DNA from: a virus
IMG/VR virus record: IMGVR_UViG_3300042292_000979
Length of the DNA: 64,000 nt
Direction: 5' to 3' (one strand)
Part shown: positions 11,201 to 23,800 of the stretch, in pieces
Numbering within the stretch: the stretch's first letter is position 1
How the letters are laid out: every line of letters begins with the position of its first letter
Translations under genes and position numbers: made by a program
The notes under the pieces: generated by a model
Databases searched by the model: none
What the model was told of the DNA's origin: nothing
What the model saw: the letters and a program-made list of their open reading frames with translations, nothing else

Positions 11201-14200
11201 TGGTGAAGGTGGAGTTAAATCAGTAAAGAGTAAGTACTTTAATATTGGAGCAACATCAGATGCAATAATCAAAAAAGCCGCTATGACAGACAAAGGAGTA
11301 ATGTTAGCATTAAATGCAGATGAAATATTAGAATCCGGAAATGCTGGACTCATAGCAAGTTATAGACAAAGTAGTTTAACTCAAATTTTAAAGTCTTCAG
11401 CTTCCCCTGTTGAAGATAAAATTTTTATCAATTCAATTGAAAAAATGTACAATTCGCAAATGGGAGCAGGTTCCTACAAGGAAGCTTTTGATTATGTGTC
11501 TAGTAGATCAGCTGATACGGTAATGACCCCTATGGATTTTGCTGTTAGAGTATCAGGAAGATTGTATAAAAACTCAGTGCAAGATGGGTTAGAAGAAGTA
11601 ACAATGCGGAGTTAAAACTGCCTTAGATTCAATGTTTCAAAGAGCTAACGTTGCTTCAATGTCTGCTTCTCGTGGAGAGTTGGGCAAATATGTCAATAGA
11701 CTTGGTTGGGCAGTTTCCTCAGAAGAACAAAGACTCGCAGCGCTAGGTAGACTAAAGGATTATGCACAAGGACCAAATGGAAACATAGAATTAGAAAAAT
11801 TAATTACAAATATTGAAGCTATGACATCTCTTGTTCAAAATCCAGAAGGCGCAATTGACTCAGCTGTAGGCGCAAGTATGAAAATAAATTTGGCCGCAAC
11901 AAATAAAGATATGCTCATGGCATATAATCTCACTAGAGACGCTGGCTTCTCTGATGAAGTTGCTCAAGGAGCATTATCAAACGCATTGTATTCCCTTATG
12001 TCGGAAGACAACGCTACTGACTTACATGCAATAGCAGGAAGAGCCGGATTGGATATTGCAGATTTTACTGACAACTCTAAGCTTGTAAACGCAATACTTT
12101 CAAGAAATGATAAATTTAGCGAAGAATTAATTGGTCTTATAAACGTAGCAACAGAAAATACAGGAACAGCACTTGTTTCTAATACTGCAAAACAAATGGG
12201 TATGATAAGAGCTTTACAAGAGTTGTATCCCGAAGCAGATTTTAGCGGAATAGGAATGGTTGGATTTGACGACTTTGCAACACACTTAAAATTATCTGGT
12301 ATTACAGATCTTGCAGGCAAAGGTGATGTTAATACGGTAATAGATTCAATCGTCAAAGGAGCAAACGAAGTAGCAGGAGCTCTTGGGGTAGATTTACCAA
12401 AAGGTAGTATCATACAAAAGATAGATGATATTACTAGGGCTGTGAATGCATCAAAGGGTGTTAAAAAAGTAACTGGAGAAGAAGTTAAGCTAAAACTTCT
12501 TGAGCTTTTTGGCCTACAGGGCGAAGCTAAAGAAAATTTTGGAACAGCTAACATAGATGACATCATGACAAGCGTCAATGCTAAACTCTTAAGAGCTCAA
12601 GAGAGGCTTGGTAGCATAAAGTACAATCAGTATGCGCCATTTAAAACCCTCGCTGATGCCTTTAATACGGAACAATTAAATGAGGCGATGAATGAATTAA
12701 GTGGAGTTCTTACAACTCGTTTGGGAGATCCCGAAGGACTCGTTGGAAAAACAATGCAAGACATAATGATTGAAGATAGTCTTTTAAGGGATATTGAAGA
12801 CATGAAATTTAATGGCTACACACTTCGCAGTAGAAAAGATGTAGCAGCAAAATTAATTGAGAGAAATTTAATGACCGAAGATGAATTATTTGATTTATTA
12901 GAGAGTAAATCACCTCGTCTTTTTGAACAAAAAAGAACAACGATTATAAATACACTAAGAGCATCAGATAGTTTTGCGCAACAAGAAGCTAAAACCACTC
13001 TTCAAGAATTTTTTACTGCTCATATCCAAAGATTTCAAACTGATGAAACTAAATTTAATACCGTAGAAGATGTTATGGATAAATTATTGTTTCAGATAGA
13101 AGAAATGAAAAACGCAACACGCATTTCAAATCCTAGTATCATTGAAGAAACTAGTAGAAGAATGGGATTTGCATTTGAAAATGCACTAGCCTCAGCTGAG
13201 GCAATTGAAATTGCAGTACCGGGAATGAAGCCATTTACCCTTCAAGAATTATCTGCTTTTGTTAGAACTAATAATGAATTAAGGTTAACTAACTTTTCTG
13301 CAAAAAATCAAACTGATGATATGGTTAATTTAATAGAATCACTTGCAAGCAAAAATGCTGATTTAGATTTAACAGTTCCATCTAACTTAATGGATAAAGA
13401 CTTTTTATCTAAACTATTTAAAGTAGATAGAATCTCAGCAACAAATGCTGAGATTAATATGCTGGAAAGAGTTCCTAAATTAGTTAACCCAGAAGAAGTT
13501 CAGCAAGTTTTAGATGGCATGATTAAATCTTCAATAGATTTAGAATTCTTAGAAGATTTTCTTGCTTTTAATGGAGAAGACTTAGATCCAACAGGTGGCA
13601 TTATTGGTCAAAGAATAAGAAACGCTGCTGTTGGTAAATCAGAAGAAGAAATTGCACAAGAGATTTCAAATAGAGTAAGATTAATAGGTTCAATTAAAAG
13701 GAGATATTCTGCTGTGCTGGAAACGCAGCGTCCCGCATATGCTCAATTTAATGCCATGCTAGAGGGTGGTGAAGAAATAGCAGAAGGAATAATTACTCCT
13801 GGTTTAAGGGGTGAAGCAACCGAAAGATCGCTGGGAACAATTGATGAAGCAATAGAAAACATGATGAAGAAATTTATGCGTGAAGCCGATGATAAAGCAG
13901 CTAGCGCACTCCGTGCGTCACTTGCTAGTAGTTATGGTGATGCGGGAGCTACTGCTTCTGGAAAATATACAAGAATACAAGACTTTATGAAGTCACCACA
14001 GATGAGAGAATTATATGAAGGCGCATTAAAAAATAAAGGAAAGATAGCTGGTGTAGCAGCGATAGCCACTGGTCTTGCAATTTTTGGATCTATTAATAAA
14101 AAAGAACATACTCAAGAAGCAATGTCTGGTCCACCATTATTGCCGGGTGGTAATCCATACGAGAGAATTCCAAGTTCACCAATGGGATTTTCAGACGCGC

Positions 14201-14383
14201 CAATTTCACAAAATGGTCAAGGAATGTCTTATAATATATCAGTAGATGGAGATCAGGACAACATGGAGCAATTTATGAATAGAGCTCGGATTAGTAACAA
14301 ATGGGAATGTCCAAGGTACTATGCATGATAGCCTCCCTTCTTTAGGACGTAATCCTTACGACGATATAGCGGGTTCTTTCTAA
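8235..14383 (+). CDS. Very large virion-associated protein (~2048 aa), needs two +1 shifts (11607 and 14287)
   Basis: ORFs 8235..11615 and 11632..14328 join via CGGA 11607; a second CGGA at 14287 extends the frame to TAA 14381-14383 (GLVTNGNVQGTMHDSLPSLGRNPYDDIAGSF*). Confidence 0.65.
11607..11610 (+). other. +1 recoding site 3 (ATG CGGA GTT)
   Basis: First in-frame CGG of the gene (codon 1125); 0-frame TAA 2 codons later; +1 frame continues into ORF 11632. Confidence 0.75.
14287..14290 (+). other. +1 recoding site 4 (GCT CGGA TTA)
   Basis: In-frame CGG; the shifted tail LPSLGRNPYD echoes upstream LLPGGNPYE and fills the intergenic gap, whereas the 0-frame tail (RISNKWECPRYYA) is compositionally atypical. 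Confidence 0.6.
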
Positions 14384-14409
14384 TTTTAAATTAAAGGATA
14401 AATTATTTT

Positions 14410-14878
14410 ATGGCTGATAACCTTCCTACTGGATCTGGTGGGGTAGCTAAAACTAACGCCAATTTAGTGGCAGCTGCTTCAGGGCCAAAAGCTAACAGTG
14501 GCACCCCTAGCCCAGCTGGTGCAGCAATTACTTCACGGGCTAGCTAAAAGAACAAACGATTCAAGGTCAGCAAGCATACATGGATTCTCTCCAGAAGCTG
14601 AAGCCCCATCTGATCCGCTAAAGGGATCATATGAAGGATACATGAATTCATCTCCAGCTTACATCCAAGCTAATGGAGCTGGTTATGATAATAAAGCAAA
14701 TCAACAAGCAAGATATAATAAAAAAAGCTTTTCCCTTACTGGCGATTCTTTAGCATTAAAAAATAATTCAAATAATATAAAAAATTCTGCTATAATAGAT
14801 AACTATTCAAGTTCTTTAAAAAGAAATTCTTCTGGAGACAGACTGTTGCAAATGCGTAAAATAGAAGGAATGTTTTAG
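14410..14878 (+). CDS. Hypothetical protein in structural module (~155 aa), needs +1 shift at CGGG 14536-14539
   Basis: ATG 14410 has an AAGGA RBS; 0 frame stops at 14545-14547; +1 frame is ORF 14498..14878, whose GTG has no clear RBS. Confidence 0.6.
14536..14539 (+). other. +1 recoding site 5 (TCA CGGG CTA)
   Basis: In-frame CGG is codon 43; 0-frame TAA 3 codons later; only site with G as fourth base. Confidence 0.6.
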
Positions 14879-14887
14879 GTAGTATCT

Positions 14888-17800
14888 ATGACTATAAATC
14901 AAGAAGCATTCTATTACATAAAAGAACAGTTTACCACTAAGCAGCAAGTAGACGATTACGTTCTTGAAATCCAACAGGTAACATTAAACGCAAATTCAAA
15001 CATACAACCTGGGCCAGCATTAGCTAAATTACAAACAGTTTTACCTGGTTTTGCCGGCACGATAGGTGTGTGGGCTGGTGTTGAGAGATTGCCATGGGGT
15101 ATTAAAATTGCTCCACCTGATTTTAATGATATTGCTTGGCGTAATGCGGCAATTGCAGCCATTAAAATACAAGATACAAAAATGAATGCTGAAAACGATA
15201 TCACTTATATAGTTGGCATTCTAAAGAAGTTTGATAAAAAAATACCAACTAAAAATGTTGATTTAACAGACGTAGCTTACGCAAAAGCATTTGAAGCATG
15301 GTATAGCGCAGCTTATTCTAAGGTTGATTCGTGCTGGCACTATATAGAGTCAGCTTCAGCAATGGCTAGCTTTATTGCAGAAAGAGTAAAAAACTTTAAT
15401 ATAGATAGTGATAATCCGGAAGATGTTCAAGAACCTCCAGCCGTTGATGAGAATTCACTTGGTACAACAATAGAAAGGGCAGCGGCTTTAGAGGAATTCA
15501 TAAGACGTGGAGCAGCTATAATTGGTTTTGATCATTCCGATAACTCTTATTCTTCAATTTCTCAGTATTATGAAAGCTTAGTAAGAAAAAACAATGCGAG
15601 TTTTGTTTATGATAAAGCTTTTCAGGATAACTATGTTAATCAATTCATAGCAGTTGCATCTCCAAGTACGGATATATATAAGTTAAATGACACTTACCAA
15701 AAATCTTTGTTTGATAAAATTGAAGCATCGGGTCTTTTTGATCTATTAAGCTACATCGATGCAATGCAGGCATTTGGTAGAGCTAGACTGTCTACCCTTG
15801 AAAGAGTTACGGGTAGTGCCGGTGCAGCAAACGTATTAGATGGAGTAAGAGACACTGGTTGGCTTCAGCAGCTTACTGTTGTCCTACAAAGACTCTCTAG
15901 AGATCCCGTAACATTAGCTACAATCTATAGATATTTCCCAGAGCTAGTTAATTTCTTTTTTGCCGCACTAGCAGCAACGGCTGACTATTCAAACGGTGGA
16001 AAAGGTGGCGGCTCAGAAGATAAACTTAATGATGGTCAAGCAGTATTAAATGATTTGATGGCTGCTCTTGGTCAAGTTAATGGTGAAAATATTTTTACTG
16101 GTGCGTGGGATCTAATTAACACTGGTCAAAGAATAGAAAAAGCTATTGCAGAGTTTCCGTTTAGACAAAATATTCCACCGTCTTCTCCTGATATATTTCA
16201 TCTTAGATTAGGTGCAGCTAATTTCTATGTGCCACCAATTGGTATTGATGTTCAAACTCAATTCAAAACAAGTAGCTTAGGAGAGGGCGCGCTAAGACAA
16301 AAAAATAGTCCAAAGTTTAATTCTGGATACAAGCATACAACTGTCAGTATGCAATTGTTCTTTCCAAACTATGAGGAGATATGGGGTATTTCAATCGAAG
16401 ACGCTTCAAAAATTACCCTTAAGGATAACTTCACAATAGACTTTAGTGGCAATGGTGACAATGAAGAAAAGATAGATAAGTTCCTTTCATCGCTAAGAGG
16501 TTTAGTTGCCGCGTTTAAGTATGCGCCATTTCTTCCTATTAGAAATCATTATCTAAATTCTGTATACGGAATAACTGGTGTTGCCCTTCAGGGGATGTCG
16601 ATCTCGACAATACCAAGCTACCCATTTGCATTAGTGGTTACATTAAATCTATACAACTTTAACCATAAGCCTTTCCTACCGATGCTTAATGACTTTAATC
16701 AAGCAATACATTGGGGTAAGTTTAGGCAGTATATGGGCAAGGCAGCTGGAGCTCTTCATAATTATATAAATGAAGAATTCTTAATGTTTGGCAAAGAGGG
16801 TCTCCTTAATGCAACAAAAGACGCAATGGTTTCAGTTGCCGAAGCAATGCTTGACACCGATAGAGACGGAGATGTCACTCAGGATGACTTAAGAGGCATT
16901 CAGGCGGCTTCTGATAGGCTCTCGGCCCAAGCTGGGATATCTCCTTCTAAGATCGTTAACGACGCTCTCCTTGGCTATAAGAACGAAGTGTTTACTACTA
17001 ACGTAGTTAGAGAATGGACAAACGGTAGCAACCTATCATTTTACATGCCAGCTGAAACTCAAACTAAAATATTTACTCCAGACGTATCTGGATTTCAATC
17101 CGCTGAAGAAAAAGGCTTGACTGATACAGGTAGAAGTTTTTGGAATCAAATGTTGGCTAACTTTGGTATAGATATAAATGAATCAGCTGGATATCATAGA
17201 GATTTAGATTCAGTTATAACAACTTCAACAGGAAATATCGTTGAGTATACTGTTAATCAAAAAATCGTACAAAGTATTGACATATTAACTGCGGGAAGAA
17301 ATACAACAGACTTTCAAAAAAAAGCTTATGATTTTATCATAACAAGTTTTATATTTCAGAATCCACAGCTTGATTCCGATAGGAAAGCCTACTTAAGAGA
17401 TTTTGATAGAACAGAAAACGCATATGAAGATACAGAAAGATATGTTTTTGGAGCAATTGTTTTCCAGGATGAAACACTATCTCAGATAAAATCTTTCTTT
17501 AAATCTAAAGCATTGAGCACAACCTCTTATCTTGATTTTTTGGTTGATGAGTATTTGCAAAAAAGAGCAATAAATGCAGGAAAAACTAAAGATGATGAAT
17601 GGAAAGAGAACGAAAGATCAATAATTAAGAAGCAGTTTGCTGCTGGTTATAGTTCTATGGTGTATGAAAGATTCTTTAAGGCTGGACCAATCAGAGATTT
17701 GATGGAGGCAGCTAGAGAAAGAAACGGGAGTTTCCACATAAGAGAGTGGGAAGTGCCAATGATAAGAGTTGATATAGATCCAGCTAACGCAATCGTTACC

Positions 17801-20800
17801 GATGTCTCTATCTCAATGAGTAATAACATAATTCCTCTGCAGGTACAAATGCAAGATGAGCCAACCTATCAACACATTGGTGGTGGAGATAGTTATATAA
17901 ATATTTCCATGAAAGTATTTGGTGAAAAAGAATTAATAAAATTAAGAAAAATATTTGATCATATTAACGGATTAGCCAGACTCGAACATGCTGCTGGTGT
18001 TATGGGCTTTTTGGGTATCAAAAATATAATAACAGCTTTAGCTGGGGTTAAGTATGTTCTTCCTCTTTCGTTCAATGTTTCAACTATCCCAAATTTTCCA
18101 CATGTCTATGATGTTTCTTTAAGATTAGTAGACTTTGATATATTTCAACAAAAGCGTGAACAGTTATCTTCTGATCAACAAAGAAAGATGATTGAAGAAT
18201 TCGGAACAAAGAAAAATCCATTCCTAAGAATGAAGCAGCTGTGGGGCTCGTTTAATTCATATCCAGACTTTCCATTGGAGATTAGAAATAAGGATAGCGA
18301 AGTTGTAGGATGTCTTGATCCAGATTTCTATTTTAGAAGTTTTGAGATGTTCGATAGAGACGTTATACGTAGCGTTACCGAAAATAAAGGTAAGCTCTCT
18401 AGGCTTAATACATTTAATGTTGACCCATCTAAGGAAATAACAGTAGTAACACCCTATGGATCAATGACCCATAAGGGTTCTGCGGTCGTTGCTAAGTTTA
18501 GAGAATATATATTAAATGATCAATTAGATGAATTAAAAGCTTACTCTAGGGGAACATTAGGATTAAAGGCTTCAGAAACAGCTTCTTATATAATGGAAGC
18601 CTTGTTAGACGTTGATCAACCTCATGATAAATTTTTATTAAACTATGTAGACTCTTTAGACGAAGGTGAATTTGATACTAAGGATTTAGCTGACTCTAGT
18701 TGGAGACTATCTTCTGGTCAATTAAAAGCTGGAGACCTATCAAGCTCCAATGAAGAAGCAAGATCAAAGCTACAAGCTTCATTAGGTGGAACCGCAGATG
18801 GTTTTGCGGAAGACGGATACATAAGCTTTAGCCCAGATGAACTAGACGCACATGCTATTATAAATACTTTTCCATCAGCAGAACTTGGTGACCCAAAAAT
18901 TCCATCAATGATACATACTGCAGACGGATATCAATTTGGATATATCGATAAAAAAAATGGAAGATTTTATTTAACCGTAGATGACGTTGCTGTTAAAAAA
19001 GATAGTTCAGTTGAATACGTGGGAATAACCGACACTCAGACACCAGATGTTGGAACAACAAAATCTTTAACCGGAGTTCCTGGAGCAAAAGCGCTATCTG
19101 AATATCAGTACTCATACTCGTCAGGGGATGAAGGTAAACCAGAGACCATGAAGTCAAATGGTAATTCAAAAAGTGTTACTGATCACTGGGAAAAAATGAT
19201 GGTAGATACTCAGTATAGAGATATATCAGGAAGAATGGTCAGAGCTTTCCCTACATATATGCTCTGGTTAATAGACGAAAAGAATTTTGCTGGCACAAAA
19301 CTATTTGACAATTTCTACGGACTGCAGTCTATAATAGATTTCTCTGTAGTATCCTCTGAGGATATCTTAGGTGATACGTTGGTATTTAGAGCTTCCAATA
19401 TGTACGCAAAGCTTTCTACAAAAGAAGCTACAACAATATTTAGTGGAAGTGGTGAAACAGAAGATAAGCCTGGTGTAGATAAATTATCACTAACTTCTGG
19501 TCTTGAACAGGTAATTGATAGAACTTTAAATTTTGCAAGAAATCAATTAGGTCATATGGAAAGTCAGTACATTGTTGACATAGAAAACATAAGACTTAAG
19601 CCAGGCGTAAGAGTTCATCTAAGAGTTGGTTATGGCGCAAATCCAAACTCACTTCATACCGTATTCAATGGTGTAATAACTGAAGTTGAATTGGGAGAAA
19701 TAGTTACTGTCACATGTCAATCTGACGCTATTGAACTTAGTCCAGTTGTAAACTCTGTTGACAAAAAAGGATCTAGCGGTCACATAGATGGCGGTCTTAA
19801 TACTGGATTGTACTTATCTGAACCAAGAGATTTAATGGTTAGACTTCTTTCGATGGGCACATCTAGAACAAGAGAAGCTTTTGCGCATGCAACAAGGGGA
19901 ACTGTATTTTCTGAAAATAAATTTGGAATTAAACACTTCGGCATGATGCTGTACGAGCCTTTAACAGATGCAGAACGAAATAAGAACGCCGGTATCAGAA
20001 ATGCAGCGTCAGATGCATATCTGGCAGTTGGTCAGGGTAGTGGCATAACCGGTGGAGCTGGTACAGTAGCCGGTGTTTTAAACCCATTTGGTGATAACTC
20101 AAATGGAACTGGAATTGGTGGATCACCATTTGGTATCGACGTAAGACTACCAATGGTTGGAATCATGAGAACAATGTGGTCAAACTTTGCAGCACAACCA
20201 GATCTAGAGTTGTTTAAGAGAAATATTTATCCAGGAAACGGAACTGGTGTAGCTCAATTTCTTGGTGGTGACCTAGGAGACGGTTGGTCAAATGCGGCAT
20301 CCTTGACACCCGAAGACATGCCAAATCCAAGGTTAGATTATCAAAATAGACTTACAGATTCTTCGTGGAATAATCTACTTCAAAGATATGATGGAGGATC
20401 CAAAAACGCCTCAGCTGCAATAGACAATCTAACGTTGGGAATGGAAGCAAGAGCTAGTGGCGGAACTGCAGCTGCAGTGCTTGGTGGAGGACTGCTGGCA
20501 GCAGGAACTGCATTAGCCATTGGTACGGGTGGTATTGCACTTCCATTCATAGGTGGAGCTATGGCAGTTGGCGGAGGAGCATCACTGCTTGGAGGATTAA
20601 GTGGTAGAGGTGGTGTAAACATTTGGAAAACGTTTGGATTAATTAGTGACCTTGACGACGACATGGCAGGCTTTGATGAGGTTTCATTTAGAGCGCAAAC
20701 ATACATGAAATCTGTTTGGGATCTTTTTCAAATGTGCGCAAGACTACTTCCAAACTACATTGTTGCCGTAAGACCATTTGAAGATAGGTCAACTGTATTC

Positions 20801-23800
20801 TATGGTAAGCCACACTGGTTGTATACGTCAGCAGTAGTTCCAATTACTACTGGTTTTCCTTCTGAAGACAAAGCAGTGCGCCTCGGCCTTAAAAGGCCAT
20901 CTTATAGAAGTCCCGATTCAGAATTAATGGATCTTTTAACAAAAGTTAATAAGCAATCAAATTCTACTGCTGATTATGAAGCATTTAAACAAGGACAAAA
21001 TCCATCAATATCTATTTCTGAAATAGTTAAACAACAATCATCTTACTCAGATATATATGCGCCAGCTGGAATCCTAAGAGGAAAAGTTATTAACTTCTTA
21101 GATCCTTGGAGAACTGCATATTACGGTAATAGTAAAACAACAAAAGAACAATTGACGAATGATATTTTATCTGAAATACCAAAAAACAAAGGTTATGTAA
21201 CAGTTGGTTTCCACTTACCTATAGATTCTACTGGACAGAATGCTTCCGAAGTAGACATAGAAAAGATGAAAAGCTTACACGTAGAAATACCTCAAATGCC
21301 ACTTAGGTTTTCTTTCCCATTTTTCACAGACAGAGTTGCTGGAGCAGTTTTATTAGATTACGCATTTTACGCACTAAGTAATAATAGATCAGGAGAAGGT
21401 GATGATAGGCTTAAAACTGGAACCATACATGATGGTGATAAAGATTTTGAAAAATTAGGTCACGATACTCTATATACAAGTTTATTAGACACGGAAGCAT
21501 CCCTCATTGCTAGTTCACTAACGGATCAACGTGAAGGAGGAACAGAAGATGAGTTCGTCATAAACTTAGCAGCTGTTTCATTTACTGCGGCAGTTAATCC
21601 AATTAATTCATTTGGTAATGATAAATTTATATTTGATTTAAGTACAAGTGGAGTAACTGGGAGTAAGTCACTGATAAGAATGCCACTACCTTCACTACTG
21701 GAACAAGTTAGGGGAATAGAAAAACTTGAAGGCTCTTGGGAGTATGAGTACATTAATCAAAGAACGATTACTTCTGGAAGTCCATTTAGTTATAGAGATT
21801 GGGGATCTCCAGCAAGTGCTCTTGATGAGCAATTCTACATAGCTATGAGATGGCCATATGAAATAACTGAAGATAAAGATGATGAAATATTCAAAAAGTT
21901 TAAAGATGAGTATTTTCCAGATAGAGATGTAAATCAATTTTATGGTAAGCCAAAAGATTACAAGAATAGAAAAGTTTTAGTATACAGTCCAACAACTAGA
22001 ACAGCTGTTGTTTGTAAGCCAGCATACTTCTTATGGGGAACGGATAAAGCTGACTTAATTAACGGCTCTTTAGCTGCAAATGATAATACAGATAGTGAAA
22101 ATAGAACTGATGATAATTTTATAAATTTTAAGAGTGATTCTTTTAAGGAAGTAGATTTAGCAGCAGTCGTTTCTCCAGATGCTGCGTACTACCTAGGTGT
22201 AATGCACCTTACGGAAAATGAAAAAGAGTACTTTGGTTCAGAGAATGATAAAATAGGTAATGATAATAATCACGCAAATGCGTCAGCCCAGGCATTAGCA
22301 AAAGCCGGACTTGCTCCAACTCCAATGCCAAGAGATTGCTACTTCACTTTCGTAGATGATAGTGTTCCACTCGGTGTTGTAACAACAATATATAACCCAG
22401 CTAATGAGTTCAAGTATAATGGCGAAACTCATGTTGATATGGATTACTTTATTGGCTTTGGCGCTTTTGCGTCAGAAGGTGATGGAAAACTTATAGCAGA
22501 AAAGGCAACTAAAGCAGGCATGCAGAAGCTGGGGCTATCTGGTACGGCTGATTCAATTGAAAGACAACTAGAGTTATTAAATGAAAGACCAACAGCTTTT
22601 ACAAATACTCAATGGCAAGAGTATATTCCAGTTACTGGAATAACACTTCTTGATCAAGGCCATTTTGCTGAAGCAGCCGCTAGGGGTGGAAACATCCTTG
22701 CTGGCAAAGAACAAGAAAATAGTTATTTTGATTACATTATAAACGAAGAGTACAGCGCCCTTGAGCGAGAAGCACTATACACTGTATTGGATGCCGAGCT
22801 TAGAAGTACTGGAGATGAAGATACTGGAACAGGAAGAGAACGTTTTGCTCCTGTATATGATCCAGCTGCACCAGAATCTATAAAAGCTAGAGAGTTTTTT
22901 GATGAAGGTTTTAGCGCTTCCACTCATGTAATAGCTGGAAATGGAAGAACTCTTAGTCAAGCAAATGATGTATGGGATCAATTTAGATTTAATTACCATA
23001 ACGAAATAGCAATAAAGAAAATATTTTTTGATGCTTTTGGTATGGATCCCGATGATATAACTCCGCTTCCAGATTTCTTAATAACTATACTGCGAAATCC
23101 AAAAGCAAATCCAGATATATTTAAACTGTTTAGTGCCAATGGTCCAGATAGCACAGCGGTAGATGAATTTAGTTTATTACTTGGAAGTGACTTTATAGCA
23201 AATCCAAATCAAAGAACTGGAATACCATACGGTACAGCTGATTCAATGGAGAGGCAGATTGAATCAGGGTCTGGATCATTAGTTAGTTCAGATACAGTTA
23301 AGCAAGCTATCGAATTTGCCAGAAAAAACTTAGTCGATGCACCACTCGACGAGGGTGGATTAGTTAGATATTTCGATGCTTTAGTAAAAACAAAATATAA
23401 AAAATTAGGATTATTTTTACAATCACAATCTAATTTATCCTTAATACTTGGCGCTGATGTTGGTGGCGGACAGCCAAAAGTAGATGACATAATTAAAGAT
23501 AACTTTACGCCAAAACAAGTATTCTTATTGATAGTTGGAATGTTTAGACAGGCAATGTGGCAAGATGCATATGCAAGAGCTTGGTTAGTATTAAAACCAA
23601 ATAGACAATACGCCAGTGATGATATGTGGGACTTTAGTCCTGTTCACAAAATCTTTGCTGCATTTATCGATCCTAATCAAGACTATGCATCAAATAAAAG
23701 AAAGTTCTTGAAACTTTTAGCAGACAATAAAGGCGAAGGAAATAGTGCAGGTAACGTAGTTGGTGTGCTAACTCATAATATCGATAGCTTTTGGGATCAA

